This document shows, one piece after another, positions 14,001 to 23,200 of a stretch of DNA of 64,000 nucleotides (the first letter of the stretch is position 1; the number at the start of each line of letters is the position of its first letter). Made by a program: the position numbers and the translations under genes. The stretch is from Lingula anatina (taxonomy: Eukaryota > Animalia > Brachiopoda): positions 64,892,788-64,956,787 of the forward strand of contig CM120640.1 in assembly GCA_051362555.1 (NCBI GenBank), written 5' to 3'. The notes beneath the pieces were generated by a model. The model was given only the letters and a program-made list of their open reading frames with translations. It had not been told where the DNA came from and did not search any database.

Positions 14001-17000
14001 CCAAAACTAGCGAGATAGGTCCATAGTTACTATTGAAATTGAATAGGAAGTCATATACTGGCAATCTAATTGTGACCTTGAAATTGACCTTTGATCTACT
14101 TATAATCATGAACTGAACTCTGCTAATTTCTTTCTCTTTTAACTCCAAACCTGGCAGAGATAGGTCCATAGTTACTATTGAACTTGAATAGGAAGTCATA
14201 TACTGGCAATTTACTGTGACCTTGAAAATGACCTTTCACCTATCTTACGATGAACTTAAATTTGATTGTACCATTTTTAGTTTCATATATTTTTTGCATA
14301 TATTGAAAATTCTTGTTGATTGCATGTTTACATCTTGTCAAGCACAAGACTGGTGGCTGTGTCCCTTATTTTGTGTATGTGGGGGTCTATACGAATGCGC
14401 TTGCTCCAGCTGGTGGTACAATATTCGGAGGCGGTATCGCCTCTCTGATCCTCTAGTTTTGTTTATTGCTTCACACTGTCAGAGGGACAGAGTTCCTTAC
14501 AAACATGGTTTTTGTTGGATACGATGTATATGATACTGTTCAGAGAAGTTTGTTGGATATGACAATGACACATGAAACTGTTTAAAGAACTATGTGAAGC
14601 AGATATACTGCAAACACTGCTAGAAGTTGGAAAACAATATCATAAAGTTGTTATGGAGTTTTTCACTCAGATGATTGAAGGCTATTGCCAGGTTTTCTGC
14701 ATGATCTTGATCTCTTTTAACCCCTGTTAGCTCTTCTTACCTCTTAATACAGATGCAGAAAATTGAAAGATCCATCATAAGGGCCATTCAGAATAGGAGA
14801 TCTGAGTATAACTGGTCCAAGGCTCAAATATGATGGGCCCTACATGAAAGGAAGACCGTTTAATCCTGTAATGGTCTCTCCGCCTCTCACATGCCTTTCC
14901 ACGCGTCTGGTGGAATGGAGTAGAGATTTAATTACAGTGCCCCTGCAGGGATGATGCGTGGGGAGACGTGTGAGAGGCGGAGAGACCATTGCAGGATTAA
15001 GCAGTTTTACTTTCATGTAGGTCCGCCATATTTAAGTCGTGGACCGGTTAGCACTCTGATCTTCTCATTCTGAATGGGGCCTTAGTGCTGCTGTGAAGTT
15101 TCAATTCTAATATTCCAAAAGAGAGAGAACTTCATGTATTTTCCATGTCTTTCTTATTAAAATATTTAATAGTGTTTTATATTGTATAGATATAACTATA
15201 ATTGTCATTATTCAATATTTTCAACTGAACTGTTTATTCATTGGTCACCAGGACAATGGTGTTGGGGAGACCTCTACAGGTCAGATGATGAGAATGGAGA
15301 GCGTGGAGTCCATGGAAGATGAGAACAATAATGAAGGCAAACAGCAGCCTGGCCAGGAGCAAGCACCAGATGGTATGTCTTCTGGAACAATGCACAATGA
15401 CCACGGCTGTAGATTTTCTTAATTACACAAATTAAAGACAAACAGAACCTAACTGTACTTTTTTCATAGCACAATTTAAAGATGAACAGAATAAAAATGG
15501 TTAGATGAAAAACCCAGTATTCAGTACAGAACTCACCACATTAGCAATATTTGGTTCAGATATATAAGAGAGCATACATATTACTGTGAGTCATTCAACT
15601 TACAGGTATCTAAACAAATGTGTGTGTGTGTGCAATCCTGTGTATTAACATATATTTCGTTGCAGATGAGGAGGACCATTCTGTCAGTATAGGTGGGATG
15701 GATGTGTCAGATTGTGAAGGGGAAGAAGAACAGAGGGAGAGGCCAACTACACCACACCCACAGAAGAGACACCTGCCATCCCCACCCACAGCACCACCAA
15801 GACACCATATACCTACACCAGTAAGATACTGAGCTTATAGATTAATGAATTTATTTTTTAATTAATTGATTAATTTATATTTATTTATTGTAATTTTACT
15901 AAATTATTTGCATTTGTTATTATTTAGTGATGAATTTAAAAATCTGTTTAATTTTAAATTTATCAAAATCAAATGAATGTGATCTCAATAAAATAATATA
16001 TAGCAGTTAATGCTAGAAACGTCTGTTTGGTATTATGGTATACATTATTTGGGGGGTAATGGCCTAACAGGACTTAAATATATGATACCAGAATGTAATG
16101 AGGTATGGCACAGATCAACAAATCAATTTTTTTATTCAAACAACAAAGTTCAAACTAGCATGTAAAGTGTTTTTTTTTTTTTTTTTTTCTACTTCTCTGG
16201 CTAAATCAAAAATTAACCTATAAACAAAAAATTAGTGTGACTGTAGCCATGAGAAAGTTGTTAAGACAAATTTTGAATAGACCATTTTTTGTCCCTAGAT
16301 GGGATCCGCTCTGTCTCCAGTACCAGTGCCTCCAGTACCAACCCAGGCAGTGGGCCAGACCTCACACCCACCACCACTGAAAGATGTCCGGGCAGGAAAC
16401 CAGAATAACTTACAAGGTGGGTGAACATGGCATTTCACTGTATAAAAAACATTTATTTTATAGTAGACTGCACATTGTGTTGGTTGAGAACTGTTTATGC
16501 CTCTCATGTGTATTGTCTATTTTCATCAATGCTGTACCAGCCTCAGAATTTTATAGCTTCTTAAAATTCTTCAATTTTTGACAAAAAATGAATTCTGCGT
16601 TATGGTGTAAAAAGTTCACTGCAAACTCATTAGTGTGTTCCATGATCTAATATGACTAATATGGAGACTGACTAGAGTGTATTGTTCTGTATCCAGGCCC
16701 AGCTGTTCCTGAACCCAGAAAGATGCCAGTGCCACCCCCACAGTTGATGCCCCTGGGAACCCCCATGAGCCAGGAGGACCCAAACAAAGGGAATAAGAAA
16801 ACAAAAAAGAAGAAGAAAGGGAAAGATATGAAGGGGGAACAAGGTGGTGCAGAATTGGCACCTGTCCGGGGATACACAGCCCCTATTCAGGCCCCTTTGC
16901 CACAACATCATCCAGTTTCCCCAGCTGGAGGCCTCCAGCCCCCCAAGGGAGGCCCAGGGGTGCACATGCAGAAAAATGGACCACCCCAAGACCAAAGGTA

Positions 17001-20000
17001 AGATTTGAAAATCTTGAGCCATACTATACAGCATTTTTTTTTACTGATTTCGATGCTTTTTTTTTCTTTCATTTATTTGAAGTTGATAAGGAACATTGGC
17101 TGTAAAATAGTAGCTGTAGCTGCAAGCAGAATATCTTACAAGATAGGTGAAGATGCCTTTTGAATAAAACAAAACCTGTTTATTCCATGAACTGCAAATT
17201 TTGTTGGTTGAGAACAGTTGCCTCTTATATGAAGTGTTGTCTACTTTCATCAGTGCTACACCAGCATTAAAATTATACAGCTTCCTAATTTTTTTTCAAA
17301 TGCAGAGTTTTTAGAATTTCTTTTAGGATAATTACTATTTATCAAAAAGTGACATTAACATTAAGATTATCAAGACATCATATTCAACTTCATCAATTAG
17401 ACAGTATGCAGAGAAAACTTAATTAAGAAGATCGGCATCTGTGTAATCTTATTAAGCATTATTGTAAATTGAAAGATGTCTAGATAAACAGCAGGAAACA
17501 ACCTGTTCCTTCAAGTTTTCATGCACTTATATTTCAGTGGATGTTGTTCATATTTAAACAATACGGTGGGTTTGACAAAATGACTTTTAAATGTAATATA
17601 AGTGGTATGAATAATATATATATTTATGGTGACATGTGCAATGTGACTACTCCAGGATGTCTCCAGAGGGTCAGTGGTTTGATGACCAGCAGCAGCCCCC
17701 ACCCCGCCCAGGTGCTCCTCTGCCCCCTCACTCTCCGCTCCCAGCCCCACCCCACGGGCGGCCTGCAGGTGCCCCTCTCCCCCCTCCAGCCAGGAATGGC
17801 GGCGGCCAGCAGCCTCTTCACACAGTACACCAAGGACCCAGGCTCCAGAGAATGGAGAGTGAGGAGAATCTGTCTGCACTAGACCTGGATGACAGTGAGA
17901 GCAGTGGCCAACAGCTGGCTATGTATGAACAAGGTAAACTGGGAAAATGGTTTATATTGTTATTGGAGATAGTTAAGTGTATTGGAAAAAAGGTTTTTTG
18001 GTTGATAGAGGTGCATGTGTGATTTATCAGAAATAAAAGAAAAAATTCAATAATTCAACAGAAATCATGCTTTTGTATAACTACAAACTATACATAGGTA
18101 TGTCAGTTATATGGCGATTATATTTTTCTGTAAAAAAAGGTGTTCCCGTGGTACCAAATGGGCCAAACTCAAGGTACCCCCCACCTAACTATCATGGTCC
18201 ACTGGCTAGAGACCAGGGCAGACATCTCATGGGACAGAGACAGGTAGCTGGTATTGCTTTTTTGTACATTTCCCAATTAAAAAATATTTGGATATTAAAT
18301 TTTAATTAGTACCGCCAGCGTACACGTACGTACACGTAGCGTACTCATGGTTTTAGTCCCGACCCGTCTCGTACAGCTCCGCCGGCTCCTGCGGCTCCGC
18401 CGGCTCCTGCAGCTCCGCCGGCTCCGCAGTCGGGCGCCGGAAACAAGTCACCGTTACCGCTTCTCCTCCTAGACCGCAAGGACCTGTGTCCCCATCTCTT
18501 GGATTTAGGTCACTAATAATCTTAACTTGAACACCCTGGTTTTTTTGTCTCCGTTGGTGCACTGGCCTGGGCGTGACGCTTGTGGAAATGCACCCTTGTC
18601 AAAATTTTTGAAAATTCAATGCTAAATATCTCCCAAACCAAAGGAATTATGGGAAAAATTACTTCAGAAGTCTGACCGAAAGTCATATGTGGAGATTCCA
18701 AATATACCCTTGGATTTGACTTTTGACCTTTTTTTCAAGGTCAAACAAGCCAAAATTTTCTAAAAATGGGAATTTTCTGTAAAAAAATATTTGTTTGTGC
18801 TAATTTTTGGAAACTACACAGCCCTAAGCTCTCCTGTTATAATGAGGGGTTACCATTGGGAACTCCTTTCATCTTTGAGAGTTTGGGGTCAATCGGTGCA
18901 TTTTCACGGGAGAAGCAGCCATTAGATACCGAAACTGAAAACTCGCTCTAAATCTGGAACGGTAAATGCCAGAGACCTCTTTTTTATTGCATTTTGTAGA
19001 CCTTGTCAAGTGCAATACTGGGGGTGGTGTCCATTTTTTTGTTTTTGATATGGTTTAGGCGTTGCCCTATATCAAAAATTACAACATCGCAATATTCAGT
19101 GGGGAAAATGTGAAATACTCCAAAATTAGCAGAGATACGCCCATAGTTACTATTGAACTTGAATAGGAAGTCATATACTGGTAATCTAACTGCGACCTTG
19201 AAATTGACCTTTGACCTACTTTTCATTATGAACTGCACTTTGCAAGTTTTCTGATCTTTATATCTCCAAAACTGGCAAAGATACGCCTATAGCTACTATT
19301 GAACTTGAATAGGAAGTCATATACTGGTAATCTAACTGTGACCTTGAAATTGACCTTTGACCTACTTTTCAGTACTGCACTTTGCAAGTTTTCTGATCTT
19401 TATATATCCAAAACTGGCAAAGATACGCCCATAGTTACTATTGAACTTGAATAGGAAGTCATATACTGGCAATCTAAATATGATCCTGAAATTGACCTTT
19501 GACCTACTTTTCACCATGAACTGAACTTTGCAAATATTTTAACCCTTATATCTCCAAAACTGGCAGAGATACACCCATAGTTACTTTTGAACTTTAATAG
19601 GAAGTCATATACTGGCAGTCTTATTGTGACCTTGGAATTGACCTTTAACCTACTTTTCATCATGAACTGAACTTTGCAAATTTTCTATCCCTTATATTTT
19701 CATTATATATTTTATAATTAGATTTAGTAATTTTTTTTTTTTTTTGCTTATGTTTCAAACTAGACATTTTTGATATCACTTTGCATTGAGACGGAAATAG
19801 ATGGAAATAGTATGTAAAGGAGCAATTGGAGTTGTTATCCATTCTATCACTATTCAAAATGAAATTAAGGAATATAAGCATACATTTTGCTGAGATCCAG
19901 TGAAACTATTTTCACATATATTTTGCCTTTTCAATTGTCAGATGTCAGAAACCCATCAAGTGTGGTAATAATTAAAAGTACAACTTTTCTTTCCATGCAG

Positions 20001-20270
20001 ACAATGGAGGTTGTTAAGATGCATCCACAGGGTGTGCCACGTTCAGCTCCTCCTGGCATGCGTGGAGGTCATCATGGCCCAGGTCAAGGTCACAATGGGC
20101 CAGGTCAAGGTTATCATCAGGGTCAATATGGTCATCCAAATCAACATTCAGGGCCACCATACCCACTGGCGCCTCCTGTTGGAGGTCAGAGGCAGCAGGG
20201 TTACGGGCGAGGCATGCCCCCACCACCCATACATCCTCCACATCCCCCCATGATGGGGAACAGACACTAG
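2059..20270 (+). CDS. Ankyrin-repeat protein (ANKRD55/inversin-like N-terminal ANK array plus long low-complexity P/Q/G/H-rich C-terminus), 16 coding exons, about 946 aa
   Basis: Exons 2059-2077, 3157-3537, 8281-8409, 8868-9022, 9231-9446, 9721-9796, 9970-10113, 10490-10638, 11017-11241, 15252-15372, 15666-15820, 16299-16416, 16697-16997, 17656-17933, 18140-18243, 20001-20270. All GT-AG with matching phases; total 2841 nt. ANK motifs GRTCVMYAV, GSTAVHRAC, GRAPVHWAV, GMTPSMWAC, GKTWMHWSV, GKTVMLTAA, GRTSLHLAT, NATAMDYAK. Orthology to ANKRD55 is an inference. Confidence 0.85.
2688..2844. mobile_element. Palindromic MITE, PIF/Harbinger-like termini
   Basis: CAGGGCCCAGTAACTCGAAAGCAT ... ATGCTTTCGAGTTACGGGGCCCTG (24-bp inverted repeat, 1 mismatch); looser pairing continues inward. 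Confidence 0.75.
3157..3537 (+). CDS. Ankyrin gene exon 2
   Basis: ttttcag|AT TTC CAG ... LVIQAAKQGDIELIEQLLEK G|gtaagc; start of first ANK repeat. Confidence 0.85.
8281..8409 (+). CDS. Ankyrin gene exon 3
   Basis: DKRCIDQTDSHGRTCVMYAVHFKQNEALKILLDNGADVNAVAY; cag| ... |gtgagt. Confidence 0.92.
8868..9022 (+). CDS. Ankyrin gene exon 4
   Basis: DGSTAVHRACCDGHHEALRILIDHQADLTTGDCMGRAPVHWAVSVPEQDCLK|gtgagc. Confidence 0.92.
9231..9446 (+). CDS. Ankyrin gene exon 5
   Basis: LLLEHEVSINVRDKDGMTPSMWAC...GKTWMHWSVRKTEPLECLQ|gtatat. Confidence 0.92.
9721..9796 (+). CDS. Ankyrin gene exon 6
   Basis: TFLTEESAAIKDDEGKTVMLTAAEQ G|gtaagg. Confidence 0.9.
9970..10113 (+). CDS. Ankyrin gene exon 7
   Basis: GSVVAMKTVLEIGGEDVIYDEDNQGRTSLHLATIGGHGECINFLLEHG G|gtagtg. 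Confidence 0.92.
10490..10638 (+). CDS. Ankyrin gene exon 8
   Basis: VDLSKCDKSNATAMDYAKARHLNYSMMILSAYQRQRDKQNRKIQGNSSPE|gtaagg; last ANK repeat. Confidence 0.9.
11017..11241 (+). CDS. Ankyrin gene exon 9
   Basis: taatag|HDQSDEENKDNNLTNKHQVAPPHPP...KEITQ|gtaaga, phase 0/0. Confidence 0.8.
11302..11627. mobile_element. MITE with about 70-bp terminal inverted repeats
   Basis: AAAAATCTATTTTCGGCATCTTGTGATTACGGTCTGTGCCCTGGATATCCCGCGGCGTAATTACTGGCAG pairs with CTGCCAGTAAGTACGCCGCGGGGTATCCAGGGCACAGACCGTGATCACAAGATACCGAAAATAGATTTTT. Confidence 0.8.
11639..14458 (+). mobile_element. Non-autonomous Helitron/Helentron (HINE-like) element, copy 1, with internal 146-bp tandem array
   Basis: Subterminal inverted repeat TATTGTACCACCAGC / GCTGGTGGTACAATA. 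5' hairpin GTACCACCAGCG-TAGG-CGCTGGCGGTAC, followed by a 9-bp CGGCTCC minisatellite and a central tandem array. 3' hairpin GAGGCGGTATCGCCTC then CTAG-T-run. Homologous copies at about 18304 and 30231-32129. Confidence 0.8.
12675..14250 (+). repeat. 146-bp satellite-like tandem array (5 units, a 290-bp flank duplication, then about 3.5 units)
   Basis: TATCTCCAAAA[CT]TGGCAGAGATAGG starts recur at 12675, 12821, 12967, 13113 and 13259, with a partial start at 13405 (period 146). 12385-12670 is re-copied at about 13415-13700. Confidence 0.9.
14781..15081. mobile_element. Palindromic MITE, Harbinger-like (TAA/TTA flanks)
   Basis: TAA|GGGCCATTCAGAAT ... ATTCTGAATGGGGCC|TTA; inner arms AATGGTCTCTCCGCCTCTCACA / TGTGAGAGGCGGAGAGACCATT. 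Confidence 0.8.
15252..15372 (+). CDS. Ankyrin gene exon 10
   Basis: DNGVGETSTGQMMRMESVESMEDENNNEGKQQPGQEQAPD G|gtatgt. Confidence 0.78.
15666..15820 (+). CDS. Ankyrin gene exon 11
   Basis: tgcag|AT GAG GAG: DEEDHSVSIGG...PRHHIPTP|gtaaga. Confidence 0.82.
16299..16416 (+). CDS. Ankyrin gene exon 12
   Basis: ccctag|MGSALSPVPVPPVPTQAVGQTSHPPPLKDVRAGNQNNLQ G|gtgggt. Confidence 0.78.
16697..16997 (+). CDS. Ankyrin gene exon 13
   Basis: GPAVPEPRKMPVPPP...KKTKKKKKGK...GPPQDQ AG|gtaaga; polybasic NLS-like stretch. Confidence 0.82.
17656..17933 (+). CDS. Ankyrin gene exon 14
   Basis: tccag|G MSPEGQWFDDQQQPPPRP...LAMYEQ G|gtaaac; phase 2/1 fits both neighbours. Confidence 0.82.
18140..18243 (+). 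CDS. Ankyrin gene exon 15
   Basis: GVPVVPNGPNSRYPPPNYHGPLARDQGRHLMGQRQ|gtagct. Weak A-rich acceptor, but the phase is required by the flanking exons. Confidence 0.7.
18304..19700 (+). mobile_element. HINE-like element copy 2, 3'-truncated inside the tandem array
   Basis: Same 5' end (AGTACCGCCAGCG...CATGGTTTTAGTCCCGACCCG), minisatellite and about 4 array units as copy 1; no 3' hairpin/CTAG. Confidence 0.78.
20001..20270 (+). CDS. Ankyrin gene terminal coding exon 16
   Basis: atgcag|TMEVVKMHPQGVPRSAPPGMRGGHHGPGQG...PPMMGNRH TAG. Confidence 0.85.
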   Translation, partial: TMEVVKMHPQGVPRSAPPGMRGGHHGPGQGHNGPGQGYHQGQYGHPNQHSGPPYPLAPPVGGQRQQGYGRGMPPPPIHPPHPPMMGNRH

Positions 20271-23200
20271 GGACATCTGGTGGTTAGCCCTGCATAGCAA
20301 AAGTGGGTACTTCCTCTTCAAGTAATACAAACTATGGGAAAAGATTTAAAATGGCTGGGAAGATGGGATGGTTGCTATATATACTCTGTACATAGAAATG
20401 GACAAGTTAAGATATTTTGACTAGTCTTACTGTATTTTACAAAATATGAAGTTGATGCCCTTTCTGTGTGTGTTTGTGTATTTTATATATATACATATGT
20501 ATGTATGTATGTGTGTGTTTACATATTTAAAGTCCCATAGTTCCTTTGTGTTTAGACTGTCATTTCTAAAACCCCACTGAGCAGGTGTTCCCTGTTGTTT
20601 CAAAAACAAACCCCTTGTTTTATTGATCACAATCATAATGTTTCAGTGTATTTCATACAGTGAAAAGCTATTTAGCAAGCATCTGTTCATTTGTTACTAG
20701 TTATTTTACAAAGTGCTGTATTTAGCAAACATCCCAAGTTGACACTGTTTCCATGAAATTACAAGACAGAATGTTGACAAATATTCTTAAACCCTCAAGC
20801 ATTATCTGATATTGATTGAAAGCATATAGTGGGTTATACAGTGTACTATGATATTGTCACTCTCTACGTACTAATGGATTAATATTTTCCCTTCTATTTT
20901 GGGTTCACAAGGTTTGTACTTACCTTAATTGTTCATCAAGGTAAAAGAGTTTAATGGATTTGGCCAGGGAATAGAAAATAAGAAGTAAAAAGTACACAGA
21001 ACATGGAAAATTTTTTATACTAAATTATGTTATGGAACTGTATTTTTCTTTTGAACACTATAACAAGCAGAAGTGATTTGTTTGGGATTTGAAAAAAAAA
21101 ATCAGTGCTCTGGTCCATTACATGCCCTAGTGGACATATATACATACAATCTATGTAGGAATTGTTTTCATGGTACGGTATTATTAATTTTATCAGCTAT
21201 TTGGTGGTAGTCTTTCCTTAAAGTTTGTGTTTAGCATTATGAGCATAGTCATTTGTTTTGATTATATACTAGTGTGAATGGCAATACTAACCGGCATAGA
21301 TTTGTTTGCAATATAATACTTATGCTATATACTAGTCTATACAGATTTAACTGCTATGATATACTGGTGCCTGAAGTAGATAAATAACCAGGGTTTCACT
21401 TTCAACAGATTGTGAAAGTCAAGGATGTATGCTTGCTGAGCAAGTAAAAAATAAACAGAAAAGTGTAACATGATAATTAATATTTCAGCATATATAAATG
21501 TACATTGTTTCATGTATTTTGTTGTGCAAATTATGTAGGAAGTGACTGGTGTACTTGTAACACTGAAGTTGTTTATTTCATGAAACTGTCTTGTATATAG
21601 AAATTTTCCGTCCTTTGTGAACTGTTAAGACTGTGATATATGAATCATATACCTGTAAACAGATACTGTTTGGTGATGTGTATGCTATTTGCTATACATG
21701 GAAGGCAGAGTAGGCCTGGAAAAAGATTTAGGTACATTTGATTGGAGTGGGTTACTGACATTGATGGTTTTGGCATAGCATATCACGATTGTTGAGGTAC
21801 AAATAATCTATCAGAGGCTGAAGTTACACCAGTGCATCATGATTAATAATGCAAAAATAAATGTATGTACCTTTTGAGTAATGTCAGCCGTGGAAGTCAG
21901 AGAATCTTATTTATGACCTCCTGAGGGCAGAACAAATATACTATATAAGTGTATATATGGTGAAAGAAAATGGATACCTTTTGTTTGTTTAAAACTTTTA
22001 TAGTAACAAATGTCATGCAATTTAAACAAGTTTCGTAACACTTCATTTTACTGGCAAAAGTGAAGGTCGATCATTTGACTATTTACTGTATTTGTTTTAT
22101 TTATTTATTTATTTTATTTATTTATTTTTTTGTCTTTGGATCTTGTTAGTACTCCGTCCGTTTCTTTAGTTTTTATTTCTACACGTTTGTTATACAAGGT
22201 GGCTTTTAGTTGATATTTAGAGGAGGCGCATAATACGTGTCGATATATTTTTATAGTACAATATTTTGTCTTATGTGAACTTACCAGTTTATAGATTGTC
22301 CTCCGTTGGACTATTGAGAGTCGCTGGAACACGCAACCCTTATGTTAAACGAAACACCTTTGAAATATTTTATGACAAGAAGAATTTTTTACAATTATCA
22401 TTGTTAACATGAATTTCATATTTGTTTCATATGACTTGCACTGAACCCAGGTGCCATGTCTGTCGCTGATCAGATGTCCTAGTAAATGTTCTCTTTCATA
22501 TGGGGTACCAGATCTCTTAAAAGGTAGAATAAAATTAAGGAAAATGTCTTGATATGTGTTGTGGTGTTTGAATGTGCAACCTTGGCTTTCTGACGGATTT
22601 GATATAACCTAGACGGCTGGTTTCCAAGTGAAGCAAATTTTTTTAAAAAGTAATATATTTCGTAAATCAGTTGTCGAAGAAACCTGACACGTGGCGTGCC
22701 TATGCTATGGAGTCTTGGCTAAAGTTTGTCGAACTCCCCTGGTATTTCAAAGGCAACCATTTTCACTTTTTCGCAGCACTTGTTCACTCGTCATCGTTTT
22801 GATTGATTAAGATTCGCCACATGGCTTTTTGACAAAATGCTGTTCAGGAAGTGAAGGCAAAAAAGTGTTAATGATCCATTCTTTTATGCAGACGGTTGAA
22901 TCAGAAGATTGAGCCCACCAAGTACTGGTGAGAAGACCGAGACGCCACCCAGCACTGTGGAAACGAACAAAGTTGGAGTACAGATAATTGTGCAAGTACA
23001 TAAAAGAGGCGGACTCCGGGTTTATCCCCCTCCGTTTGTACTTCCCAAATACAATTTAACATGTGGCAGCGAAACCAATTTCCTAATTCGGGATATTGAA
23101 AAAAATTAGAACGAGAGAAGTTGCTTCTTTTCGCCCATTGAAGTTGAAAATGGCAAAATAGGCTTGTATTTCGATGAAAATACTCTATTAGTGTAATCGA

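Noticed and set aside
12675-14250. CRISPR-like array
   Set aside because: Contiguous 146-bp monomers with no unique spacers, no cas genes, and a eukaryotic intron context.
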